DNA of 43,313 nt. Origin: Clostridia bacterium (GTDB lineage Bacteria; Bacillota; Peptococcia; Peptococcales; BICA1-8). A program made the translations under genes and the position numbers. Location of the stretch: NCBI GenBank assembly GCA_012720075.1, contig JAAXZE010000204.1, positions 1 through 43,313 on the forward strand. Reading direction: 5' to 3'. A model generated the notes under the pieces. The model saw only the letters and a program-made list of their open reading frames with translations, ran no database searches and was not told where the DNA came from. Below, one piece after another: positions 28,809 to 37,633 of the stretch (positions are counted from its first letter, which is position 1; each line of letters opens with the position of its first letter).

Positions 28809-30146
28809 ATGGAAATTAAGGAAATGGCCCCTATATCCCTTGATAACTGGATCAAGGAAAAGATAGGTTTTAACACCGAAAGGATTTCCCTGCAGGATAT
28901 AAAAGAATATCAATTAAAGAAGATAAGGCAAACCATTGATTATGTTTGCCAAAACAGCACCTTTTATCGTAAGCGTTTAGAGGGTTATTCGGGTCAGAGT
29001 CTAAACCGGTTGGACGATTTGGCAAAACTCCCCTTTACCTATCCTCAAGATTTAAGGAGTAACGCTCTGCAAATGCTCTGTGTGTCCCAAAGTGATATTG
29101 AGCGGGTAGTCACCCTTGATAGTTCCGGTACAACCGGGGAGCCAAAAAGATTATATTTTACCGCCGATGATCAGGGGTTAACCGTTGATTTTTTTATGCA
29201 GGGCATGTCTCTCTTGACTTCTCCGGGGGAACGGGTTTTAATCCTTTTACCCTGTGAACGGCCCGGGGGCATTGGAGATTTATTATTTAAGGCTTTGGTG
29301 CGGCTGGGTGCCGAACCTATAAAGCACGGTCCGGTGACCGGTTTGTCTGATGCTCTGCAGAAACTATCCGAAACCCGGGCTTCCGTTTTGGTGGGCATAC
29401 CGATTCAAGTATTAGCTTTGGCCAAATATTGGCAATTAAAAGAGAGCACAATTCCTTTGAACCTTAAACGAATGGTGCTAAGCACTGATTATGTTTCCCA
29501 GGCGGTTATTCAGGAAATCAAGAGAATTTGGGGCAGTGAGGTTTTCCGATATTATGGAATGACCGAGATGGGACTGGGGGGAGGCATCGAATGCCGGCAT
29601 CATCAAGGCTATCATTTGTATATGGGGGATTTTGTCTTTGAGATTGTCGATCCCCTTACAGGAGATGTTTTACCTCCTGGGCAATATGGTGAAGTTGTTT
29701 TTACTACCCTGACCAGGAGAGGAATGCCTCTGGTGCGATACCGCACCGGAGATATCTCGCGGTTTCTGCCCGGAAACTGCCCGTGTGGTTCGGTATTGCC
29801 CAGGCTGGATAATATCAAGGCCAGAAAAACGGGAATGGTTAAACTGACTGAGGATAGTTTTATCACAATAGCCCAATTGGATGAAATTTTGCTGGCTGTA
29901 CCCGGAGTTATTGATTTTACCGCAGTTGTTTCCAATCTTCCCGGAAAGCCGACTTTGGAAATAGAATTAATAATGTTGGACCGGAACATTGATCAATGGC
30001 AAGTTATAAATGAACTTTGCCAAACTGAGCCAATTGGAAGGGCATACTTAAAAGGAGCGCTGAAACTAAATCTAAAAGCAACCTATTATTCCGAAAAGAC
30101 CGTACTTCAAACCGGAAAAAGAACCATCAAAGTATTAACATCTTAG
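28809..30146 (+). CDS. PaaK-like AMP-dependent CoA ligase (DVU_1553-like)
   Basis: SSGTTGEPK, YGMTE, RYRTGD, CPCG. Confidence 0.87.
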   Translation: MEIKEMAPISLDNWIKEKIGFNTERISLQDIKEYQLKKIRQTIDYVCQNSTFYRKRLEGYSGQSLNRLDDLAKLPFTYPQDLRSNALQMLCVSQSDIERVVTLDSSGTTGEPKRLYFTADDQGLTVDFFMQGMSLLTSPGERVLILLPCERPGGIGDLLFKALVRLGAEPIKHGPVTGLSDALQKLSETRASVLVGIPIQVLALAKYWQLKESTIPLNLKRMVLSTDYVSQAVIQEIKRIWGSEVFRYYGMTEMGLGGGIECRHHQGYHLYMGDFVFEIVDPLTGDVLPPGQYGEVVFTTLTRRGMPLVRYRTGDISRFLPGNCPCGSVLPRLDNIKARKTGMVKLTEDSFITIAQLDEILLAVPGVIDFTAVVSNLPGKPTLEIELIMLDRNIDQWQVINELCQTEPIGRAYLKGALKLNLKATYYSEKTVLQTGKRTIKVLTS

Positions 30147-30166
30147 ACTAAGACAAGGGTGATTAC

Positions 30167-30805
30167 ATGGACCAAAAAACCATTTATCTGGTCAGGCATG
30201 GAAAAATTAAAACAGATACCCAAAGGTGTTATATCGGCCAAATTGATTTACCCTTAACCGGGGAAGGTTTTCAGCAGGCAAAAGCTTTAAGCAATAAATT
30301 GGGCCGGCTTAAAATTGAGGCCGTGTATTCCAGTGACTTGTCCCGTTCCAGGGATACCGCCAAAGAAATAGCTCTGAAGCATGGGTTGATTCCTCAGGAA
30401 AGAGCCGATTTGCGGGAAATTAGTTTGGGCAAATGGGAAGGGGTGACTTTTGCCGAAGTATCAACCCGTTATCCGGAAGAATTTAAACGGCGCGGGGAAG
30501 ATATCGGGTATTTCAGACCGCCGGGGGGAGAAAGTTTTGCCGATTGCAGCCAAAGAATAGTGGCTGCTTTTCAGGACATCCTGAAAACACCCTTTCAAAA
30601 TATTGTGATAGTCGGTCATGCCGGAATAAACCGGGTATTGATTTGTCATGTGCTGGGACTGCCTTTGGACAATCTTTTCAGGATATCCCAAGATTATGGC
30701 TGCTTAAATGTAATAATTGCCGGAAAATTTGGTTATCGGTTAAAGCTGCTTAATGCGCCGGTCTTTTCAAAAGAGACTGTAAATGAAAATCAAGAGGAAG
30801 GATGA
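30167..30805 (+). CDS. Histidine phosphatase (CobC/PGM family)
   Basis: LVRHG, SSDLSR, LREISLGKWEG, GGES, VGHAG. Confidence 0.9.
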   Translation: MDQKTIYLVRHGKIKTDTQRCYIGQIDLPLTGEGFQQAKALSNKLGRLKIEAVYSSDLSRSRDTAKEIALKHGLIPQERADLREISLGKWEGVTFAEVSTRYPEEFKRRGEDIGYFRPPGGESFADCSQRIVAAFQDILKTPFQNIVIVGHAGINRVLICHVLGLPLDNLFRISQDYGCLNVIIAGKFGYRLKLLNAPVFSKETVNENQEEG

Positions 30806-30810
30806 AAAAT

Positions 30811-30972
30811 ATGAAAGAATTAATTTGTCCGTTATGTACCAGTGAAAATAACCAGGTTCTTTACAAATGTGTAAGATGTTTTACTGTATATTGCAGGAAG
30901 TGCGAAGATACCGGTAATGGCAGTATTTGTCCAAAGTGCGGGATGTCTCACCGGATGATTCTTACACCGTAA
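30811..30972 (+). CDS. Cys-rich mini-protein with four CxxC motifs (53 aa; not in ORF track)
   Basis: Translated by hand: MKELICPLCTSENNQVLYKCVRCFTVYCRKCEDTGNGSICPKCGMSHRMILTP; fills the gap between flanking genes; alternative in-frame ATG 30802 overlaps the upstream stop (ATGA). Confidence 0.8.
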   Translation: MKELICPLCTSENNQVLYKCVRCFTVYCRKCEDTGNGSICPKCGMSHRMILTP

Positions 30973-30990
30973 AAGGGAGGGTTAAGGAAA

Positions 30991-31434
30991 ATGAGTGAAT
31001 ATATGAAATTATTAAAAAAAGAAATTGATGCTCTGACTGCAAAGATGTCGGAGAAACTGGTTCAACAAGAAGTAGAATTTGATGAGTTGGTAAATCTTTG
31101 GCTGGAATTACAACATTATTATCTGGATACGGCCGCTGACAGTTTTAAGAAACTGGTAGAGGAGCATTATCCGGCAGAGTTGGAACAGGTTGAGATTTTG
31201 GACCGCATTGAAGCCAATTCCGTTGTAATAGAAGTTATTGATAAAAACACCAGGCAATTATTTAGGCGTATTCTTCCCTTAGATTATCTGGAAACTGATA
31301 ACGGAATAGTTCTCTACGGAGAGACGGTAGATGGGCAGCCTACCCAAATAGCATTTTTATCCGATCTGGCCCTTTCCAAAATTAATGATGTGCAAGGAAA
31401 GGGGTTGGATAAACCTCGCTGTAAAGATCATTAG
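30991..31434 (+). CDS. Hypothetical acidic protein, last gene of the Mo operon
   Basis: 147-aa ORF with strong RBS GGGAGG; no motif recognised. Confidence 0.7.
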   Translation: MSEYMKLLKKEIDALTAKMSEKLVQQEVEFDELVNLWLELQHYYLDTAADSFKKLVEEHYPAELEQVEILDRIEANSVVIEVIDKNTRQLFRRILPLDYLETDNGIVLYGETVDGQPTQIAFLSDLALSKINDVQGKGLDKPRCKDH

Positions 31435-31756
31435 AAAAAAATTGGTTTTCTTAAATTGCCTCCCCAATATTTTGGTTTAAAAATCCCAAATATGACCCAC
31501 CGGTTGGAAAGTAAGGAATAATTAATCATAGGGCCGATAAAAAGGTGAAGGGATAAATAATTGAAAAATAATTTTTAAAAAAGGTTTAGAAATAGGAAAT
31601 CCGGTGTAATAATGGAAATGGGTGAATATTTTGCCAAGTATGGGGTTATAAGGCTTATTTTTTTGCCAATAAACTTGGCGAAATTTGTAGGAATTTTCTT
31701 ATTTTTTATGACGGGAGGACTACAAATACACATAACCAGTTTAAGCAAAAAAGGAA

Positions 31757-32797
31757 GTGGTGAGTCTGAAAAGAATTGTTTTTTTATTAACAGTTATTAT
31801 TATCTTTTCCGGTTGTGCTAATAATTTTGTAAAAGATTTAGAGTTCAGGGAAAAAACAGGATTAGGAAAAAGTAATGGGAGTCAAGACGGGATAACCATT
31901 TCCTATACCGATCAAATTACTGCGCAATGGATTGCTTCACCCCATGCCAAACCATTGGCAGCTACCGTTGGGAGAGACGAATGTATTAGGTGTCATGATG
32001 GCATGGCTTTTGCCCTCAAAATTGGACAAGCTCAAGACTTGGCTGCCAGTACGGGGCAGGATTGTTTGACTTGTCATTCTGGTTATGGAAGCCAATTAAA
32101 AGTCAGAGAGGTAATTGATATACCTGTAAAAAAGGATTTTATCGCAGGTATGGGAGCATTGTGCAGCAGTTGCCATAATAGTAATGGTGTGCCTGATATT
32201 AATGATCCCAGAAGGCCTTATCCCCATTATGGTCCTCAGGCTGATGTTTTGACCGGCTTTGGTGGCATCAGGGAAGCGGAGGACGTTCAGTATAATAATA
32301 CCTATGGGCATATCAGCTTGAGTGAAAGTTGTATTGACTGCCATATGCCTAAAAATAAAGAAGGTTTTATCACCCATACTTTTACAATGGAGCCGGAAAA
32401 TGCTGAGTTAGTCTGTGCCTCCTGCCATAATGGTGCCAAGGATTTTAATATTAAAGCCAAAATGGATTATGACGGAGACGGACTGATTGAGGGTTTGCAG
32501 GACGAGGTCTTGGAACTAATGGATATTTTAGAGGAAGCCATTAGAGCGGAATTAGGGGGCGGTTCCTTCGTGGCCTCCAGAGGTGTATTTCAGTTTTATG
32601 ATAACGAAGGAAAACTGCTGGAACAGGTTCCAAATAAGGTTTATCTTGCTGCCTATAATTATTATCTTATTAAGAATGACGGCAGTAAGGGCATTCATAA
32701 TCCATTGTTTGTCGTCCAACTCTTACAACAGTCTTATAAATCTTTGACCGGAAGGGATGTACCCGGTGCCGGTCTAGTACGGGATATTGGAGAGTGA
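31757..32797 (+). CDS. Pentaheme c-type cytochrome lipoprotein
   Basis: Lipobox IFSG-C; five CxxCH (CIRCH, CLTCH, CSSCH, CIDCH, CASCH); DYDGDG loop; DGSKGIHNP. Confidence 0.88.
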   Translation: MVSLKRIVFLLTVIIIFSGCANNFVKDLEFREKTGLGKSNGSQDGITISYTDQITAQWIASPHAKPLAATVGRDECIRCHDGMAFALKIGQAQDLAASTGQDCLTCHSGYGSQLKVREVIDIPVKKDFIAGMGALCSSCHNSNGVPDINDPRRPYPHYGPQADVLTGFGGIREAEDVQYNNTYGHISLSESCIDCHMPKNKEGFITHTFTMEPENAELVCASCHNGAKDFNIKAKMDYDGDGLIEGLQDEVLELMDILEEAIRAELGGGSFVASRGVFQFYDNEGKLLEQVPNKVYLAAYNYYLIKNDGSKGIHNPLFVVQLLQQSYKSLTGRDVPGAGLVRDIGE

Positions 32798-32801
32798 GCT
32801 G

Positions 32802-34550
32802 ATGAACAATCTAAGAAGAATTTTTGATGGAAATTTAATAATTAAATTATTGGTTCCCTTTATAATAGTTCTGTTTGTGTCTACCTTTTGCGGAGTGTAT
32901 TTAATTATTGATTTTTTAAATAGTAAACCTATAGATCAAGAAATCAGCAGGCTGAGAAGTATATCTCTCCAGTTGCAATCCATCTGGGATAACATGGAGG
33001 ACAGTCAACTGCATATCTTAAGACAATCCAACATAAATGCCTATAATGCCGGAAATATAGTCATGTATGATGCCCTGGCTACCGTTGAAAGATTTTCTGA
33101 AAAAATGCAAGCGGAGAATACCACTGTCAGGATTAGCGCCCCGGAACCCTTAAATACTGAAAATATCACTGATGAGTGGGAAAACAGCGTTGTGCAAGCC
33201 TTTAGAGAAAATAGGGAACTCCTTGACGGCAGCGAGATTATTAATGACGGAGAGCATACTTATTTAAGATATGCCATGCCTATTGAGCTGAAAAGTTCTT
33301 GTTTGTCTTGTCATAGCGGCAGTGCCGGTGATATTTACGGTGTGTTTAGTTTAACCACTTCCTTGGATTCCATAATCAGTCAGACTAAGATGATTACATA
33401 TTCAGTATTTGGAGGGGGAATTTTAATAATTCTTCTACTGGCATTCTTCATGTGGTTTATTTCCCGAAGGGTAATTAATAAACCTTTAGCGGATATAAAT
33501 AAGCAATTAGTGGAAATGAACTCCGGGGAGGGGGACCTAACCTATAGGTTAGTTGTCAAATCGGAAGACTTAATAGGCAGGATAGGTTTGGAATTTAATA
33601 GATTTTTAGAGTATCTGCAAAAAATGATCCTTAAAATCAACAGTTCTTCCCATGAGTTGGAAAAGGTGGCCGGCAATATTTCTTCCAGTATTGTGGAGAC
33701 CAGAAAAATATTAGCGAAAAATGCGGAACAAGTTGAAGCCCTCGCCAAGATTTCCTCTACTGTTGCTGATAATCTGCAGGAAGTACAGCGAGGTTCTGAA
33801 GAGGTGGCCAACAGTGCTTCGCAAATCTCTGTTTTGACCCAGGAATGTTTTAATGAAGCTGACAGTGTTCGGGAAGAGGCCGAAGAATCCGGACAGGGCA
33901 TGGAAGCCGTAGTTTCATCGGTTGAGGAAGTCAATCATAAGGTAAATCAATTAGAAGCGGTTTTTGAAATGCTTAATCAATCCTTTAACAAAATTTCCGG
34001 TTTTGTAACGGAAATTAATCAAATAGCATCCCAAACAAATCTTTTAGCCTTAAATGCCGCCATTGAAGCTTCTCGCGCCGGCGAACCCGGGCGGGGTTTT
34101 GCGGTTGTTGCAGAAGAAGTAAGAGAATTAGCAGAGCTTTCAGAAAAATCTGCCAGAGAAATTTCAATCATTATTGGCGAGCTTGGAGAAAAAACCAGGA
34201 TGGCCAATGATTATTTGAAAGTGTCCAGTAAAGCTGTAGAGAGCAGCCGCGAAAAGGTGGAAAATGTACAAAGGATGCTAAAATCCATTATCAATAGGAT
34301 TGCCCAAATAACAACAAGAATACAAGGAATAAGTGCTGCTTCCCAAGAACAGACTGCTTTGAGTGAGGAGATTACTGCAGCCATTACCGAAGTAACTAAG
34401 TTCAGTAATGAAACTGCGGCTTCCTCAGAACAGTTTAACTATTCCATACAGCAGCAATTACAATCAATTCAGGGCATTGAAGGAGAAGTTCTGGAACTAG
34501 AAAAAGTAGCCAAAACCGTTTTGGGGATGATAAACAAATTTAAAGTTTAA
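32802..34550 (+). CDS. Chemoreceptor with extracytoplasmic heme-c sensor domain (DUF3365/Tll0287-like)
   Basis: TM - P.N..N..D.WE - [15 protein letters not shown] - TM - HAMP - MCP tip; start ATG 32802 or TTG 32787. Confidence 0.87.
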   Translation: MNNLRRIFDGNLIIKLLVPFIIVLFVSTFCGVYLIIDFLNSKPIDQEISRLRSISLQLQSIWDNMEDSQLHILRQSNINAYNAGNIVMYDALATVERFSEKMQAENTTVRISAPEPLNTENITDEWENSVVQAFRENRELLDGSEIINDGEHTYLRYAMPIELKSSCLSCHSGSAGDIYGVFSLTTSLDSIISQTKMITYSVFGGGILIILLLAFFMWFISRRVINKPLADINKQLVEMNSGEGDLTYRLVVKSEDLIGRIGLEFNRFLEYLQKMILKINSSSHELEKVAGNISSSIVETRKILAKNAEQVEALAKISSTVADNLQEVQRGSEEVANSASQISVLTQECFNEADSVREEAEESGQGMEAVVSSVEEVNHKVNQLEAVFEMLNQSFNKISGFVTEINQIASQTNLLALNAAIEASRAGEPGRGFAVVAEEVRELAELSEKSAREISIIIGELGEKTRMANDYLKVSSKAVESSREKVENVQRMLKSIINRIAQITTRIQGISAASQEQTALSEEITAAITEVTKFSNETAASSEQFNYSIQQQLQSIQGIEGEVLELEKVAKTVLGMINKFKV

Positions 34551-34573
34551 TTTTATCTTGCTAGAAAAAACTA

Positions 34574-34602
34574 TTGCTATTTATTAAATATTATAATATT
34601 AT
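34574..34602 (+). promoter_or_regulatory. Sigma-A promoter candidate
   Basis: TTGCTA-17 bp-TATTAT just upstream of the riboswitch. Confidence 0.45.
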
Positions 34603-34625
34603 ATACTTGCAAACTTAATTTAATG

Positions 34626-34717
34626 TCTCCGAGGTTGTAACTCTAAGGATAATAATCTATGAGCTGCAATCATGGGTTTCTCCGGAAACGGAGAAGCCTC
34701 CCATAATGGAAAGGAGA
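34626..34717 (+). ncRNA. Moco RNA motif riboswitch, P3-less (Wco/Tuco-type) variant
   Basis: P1 UCUCC/GGAGA; CCGAG; P2 GGUUGUAACUC-UAAG..UAU-GAGCUGCAAUC; 2-nt linker; P4 GGGUUUCUCCG-GAAA-CGGAGAAGCCU; CCCAUAAUGGAAAGGAG. Confidence 0.88.
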
Positions 34718-34743
34718 AGTATAGCATATCGTCCTCCTCACCC

Positions 34744-34767
34744 TCTCCTTTTAGGAGAATTTTTTTT
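34744..34767 (+). terminator. Riboswitch expression-platform terminator
   Basis: TCTCCT-TTT-AGGAGA then A and T8; TCTCCTTT is also complementary to aptamer AAAGGAGA (34710-34717). Confidence 0.65.
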
Positions 34768-34857
34768 GCACCGATTTTTTTAATTAGGAGGGAAGAGATA
34801 GAAAGAAAATTGATTTTTTGAGGGATAATAAAATATCATTTAGTGGGGTGTGGTAAA

Positions 34858-36282
34858 ATGAAAAATTATATGATGTATATTGGCGGTCAATGGGTTGACA
34901 CAGCTAATAAAAAAGAAGTAATCAACAAATATACCGGTGAGCCTTTTGCCACTATAGCTCAGGCCAGTTTAGAAGACGTTGAGAAGGCTGTAAAATCTGC
35001 CAAGAATTCTTTCAATACGGTAAAATTAAGCCCCTATCAACGTTATGAAGTATTATATAAAACAAGCAGGCTGTTACTGGAACGCAAAGAAGAACTGGCC
35101 CAAATACTCTGCCTGGAGGTTGGAAAGCCCATCGGCGATAGCCGTGTTGATGTGGAAAGAGCGGCTCAGACATTTGAAATAGCTGCTGAAGAAGCCAAAA
35201 GAATTCATGGAGAAATGGTACCGGTTGAAGCAACGCCCGGTTCGGAAAACAGAATGGCTTTTACAATCCGGGTGCCTGTTGGAGTGGTTTGTGCCATAAC
35301 TCCCTTTAACGTACCTCTAAATCTTGTTGCCCATAAAGTGGCTCCGGCCATTGCCGCCGGTAATACTGTTGTATTGAAGCCTACCCAGGAAACTCCCATA
35401 GTAGCCGCTAAGCTTGTGGAATTAATGTTGGAAGCCGGTTTGCCCAAAGAACATATTAATTTAATATATGGAAGCGGCTCGGTTATCGGTGAAGCATTGC
35501 TGCAAAACCAAGATATAAACTTTTATAGCTTTACCGGAAGTCCTGCAGTAGGAGAAAGAATTAAACAGGTTATTGGTTTAAGAAAATGCACATTAGAGTT
35601 AGGAAGTAACTCCGCGGTAATAGTTCACGAAGATGCTCCGGATATTAAAAAAGCCGCTGTCTTGTGTGCCCAAAGAAGTTTTGCCAATGCAGGACAGGTA
35701 TGTATATCGGTGCAAAGGATTTATGTTCATGAAAATATTTATGAACAATTCTTAAATGAGATGAAAACCTATACCGAAACTTTAGTAGTCGGTGACCCAA
35801 TGGATGAAAGAACAAGTGTCGGTCCAATGATAAGTGAAAAAGAGGTGGAAAGAATTGACCAATGGGTTAAGGAGGCCATCCAACAAGGTGCCAAACTTGT
35901 GACCGGAGGGGAAAAAGTTGGTACACGGTTATATAAACCGACAATTTTAAGTGATGTTAAGAAGGATATGAAGGTTGTTTGTATGGAAACCTTTGCCCCC
36001 ATTGCCGTTGTTGTTCCATATAAAGATATTGATGAAGCCATTGCTTATACCAATGATTCCGAGTTTGGTCTACAAGCCGGGATTTTCACCTCCAGTCTCA
36101 ATATTGCTATGAAGGCCGCAAAAGAAATACAAACCGGCGGGGTAATTATCAATGATACCTCCATGTATCGGGCCGATGCAATGCCTTACGGCGGAGTTAA
36201 GAAGAGCGGCACCGGTAAAGAAGGACCCAAATATGTAATTGAGGAAATGACTGAGGAGAAAATTATTGTATTCAACCTTTAA
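34858..36282 (+). CDS. NAD(P)+-dependent aldehyde dehydrogenase
   Basis: ITPFNVP, LKPT, FTGS, LELGSNS (Glu), NAGQVCIS (Cys), ETFAP, PYGGVKKSGTGKEG. Confidence 0.93.
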   Translation: MKNYMMYIGGQWVDTANKKEVINKYTGEPFATIAQASLEDVEKAVKSAKNSFNTVKLSPYQRYEVLYKTSRLLLERKEELAQILCLEVGKPIGDSRVDVERAAQTFEIAAEEAKRIHGEMVPVEATPGSENRMAFTIRVPVGVVCAITPFNVPLNLVAHKVAPAIAAGNTVVLKPTQETPIVAAKLVELMLEAGLPKEHINLIYGSGSVIGEALLQNQDINFYSFTGSPAVGERIKQVIGLRKCTLELGSNSAVIVHEDAPDIKKAAVLCAQRSFANAGQVCISVQRIYVHENIYEQFLNEMKTYTETLVVGDPMDERTSVGPMISEKEVERIDQWVKEAIQQGAKLVTGGEKVGTRLYKPTILSDVKKDMKVVCMETFAPIAVVVPYKDIDEAIAYTNDSEFGLQAGIFTSSLNIAMKAAKEIQTGGVIINDTSMYRADAMPYGGVKKSGTGKEGPKYVIEEMTEEKIIVFNL

Positions 36283-36370
36283 TTCCTGAGGCATCACATG
36301 ATTGTTAAATTCTAGATCCAGCTCTTTTGGAGCAGCTTGCATGATGATTTATATAGTGCCAGCTTGATGT

Positions 36371-36410
36371 TTGGAAAAGGCGGACCTGGGTGTCCGCCTT
36401 TTCCAATCTT
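36371..36410 (+). terminator. Terminator hairpin after the ALDH gene
   Basis: Perfect 15-bp stem TTGGAAAAGGCGGAC / GTCCGCCTTTTCCAA. Confidence 0.8.
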
Positions 36411-36420
36411 TACCTATAAA

Positions 36421-36446
36421 GAACTGCGCCCCGAGGGGCGCAGTTT
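36421..36446. repeat. Hairpin direct repeat, left copy (putative target-site duplication)
   Basis: GAACTGCGCCCCGAGGGGCGCAGTTT; 23/26 identical to 36778-36803. Confidence 0.75.
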
Positions 36447-36777
36447 TGACTGTAGACAAAGCTATTAATAAATTATTTAGCAATAATAAAACTATATGAT
36501 TATTATCAAAAGAAAAGCCTTAGCGAGAATGAATAAAAAGAACGCAGGTGGCTGAGGAATAGAATTATCAACTGTTTGACCCGGCACTTAATTGAAACTT
36601 TCAATTTTGTATCTTTTAAAAAATAATGAATAAAAATAAAAGTATAATTAAGAAACGTAACTAAATTTTCAATTAAGTGCCGGGGAGTTTTGATAATTCC
36701 CGAAGCCACCTAGTTCATTCCGTAAAATTGTTTGAGCTAGCTTTTCGTTGATAATAAATATGGTTTGTCAACAAGCT
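36447..36777. mobile_element. Full ~330-bp non-coding MITE-like fold-back element
   Basis: Imperfect terminal IRs GACTGTAGACAAA / TTTGTCAACAAGC; five nested internal IR pairs; second copy at 1-205; flanked by a duplicated hairpin. Confidence 0.8.
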
Positions 36778-36803
36778 GAACTGCGCCCCGAAGTGCGCAG
36801 TTC
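36778..36803. repeat. Hairpin direct repeat, right copy; probable terminator stem of the minus-strand Tm-1-like operon
   Basis: GAACTGCGCCCCGAAGTGCGCAGTTC, adjacent to the stop codon at 36804. Confidence 0.75.
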
Positions 36804-37631
36804 TTATATTTTAATATTTTTAAATTCTGCAACCTGGGCTTTGATAGCCCTTTCGGTTGGTAATCTTTCAATGCTGGAAGCGCCGAAGAAACCGATTACA
36901 CCCTGGGTTCTTTCTAAAACATAGCGGGCATCTTCAGGTTCAGCAATGGGACCGCCGTGACAAATTACCATAATATCAGGATTTATGGCTTTGCCTGCGT
37001 CATGGATTGCTTGAATTCTTTGGACGCAGTCATCCAGGGTTATAGCTGTTTTGGCGCCGATGGTGCCTTTAGTGGTTAGCCCCATGTGGGCAACGAGAAT
37101 ATCGGCACCGGCTTTAGCCATTTTTTCTGCATCTTCCGGCGAAAATACATAGGGTGTTGTTAATAAATCCAGTTCATGGGCTTTTTTAATCATCTCCACT
37201 TCCAAATCATAACCCATTCCCGTTTCTTCTAAATTAGCTCTGAAAACACCGTCGATCAAACCGACAGTGGGAAAGTTCTGCACTCCGGAGAAACCAATAT
37301 CTTTAAGCTGTTTTAAAAACACATCCATTAGTCTAAAAGGGTCTGTTCCGCAAACTCCGGCTAAAACCGGGGTATTTTTGACAACGGGTAAAACCTCACT
37401 AGCCATTTCTACAACAATGGCGTTGGCATCGCCATAGGGCATTAGTCCGGCTAGAGAACCACGGCCGGCCATCCTGTAGCGACCGGAATTATAGATGATG
37501 ATTAAGTCAACTCCGCCGGCTTCAGCGCTTTTGGCCGAAATCCCCGTACCGGCTCCTGCTCCGATGATAGCTCGGCCTTGAGCAATCTGGTCCTTAATCC
37601 TTTGTAAAATGACATCCCGTTTAATTGCCAT
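36804..37631 (-). CDS. Phosphoenolpyruvate hydrolase-like / TIM-barrel protein (Tm-1 C-terminal homologue)
   Basis: [51 protein letters not shown]. Confidence 0.88.
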   Translation of the reverse strand: MAIKRDVILQRIKDQIAQGRAIIGAGAGTGISAKSAEAGGVDLIIIYNSGRYRMAGRGSLAGLMPYGDANAIVVEMASEVLPVVKNTPVLAGVCGTDPFRLMDVFLKQLKDIGFSGVQNFPTVGLIDGVFRANLEETGMGYDLEVEMIKKAHELDLLTTPYVFSPEDAEKMAKAGADILVAHMGLTTKGTIGAKTAITLDDCVQRIQAIHDAGKAINPDIMVICHGGPIAEPEDARYVLERTQGVIGFFGASSIERLPTERAIKAQVAEFKNIKI

Positions 37632-37633
37632 TT

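Noticed and set aside
17440-31434. Hidden Sec codons in the Mo operon
   Set aside because: ORFs look full length with Cys at motif positions; the only TGA stop (30803-30805) is an ATGA-type junction after a complete phosphatase.
31612-31821. 69-aa ORF and nearby TTTGCCAA/TTGGCGAAA repeats
   Set aside because: The ORF overlaps the cytochrome start and lacks an RBS; the repeats are short and imperfect, too weak to call an operator.
36506-36709. 67-aa ORF inside the repeated element as a transposase remnant
   Set aside because: No recognisable transposase motif; indels between the two copies are not consistent with conserved coding.
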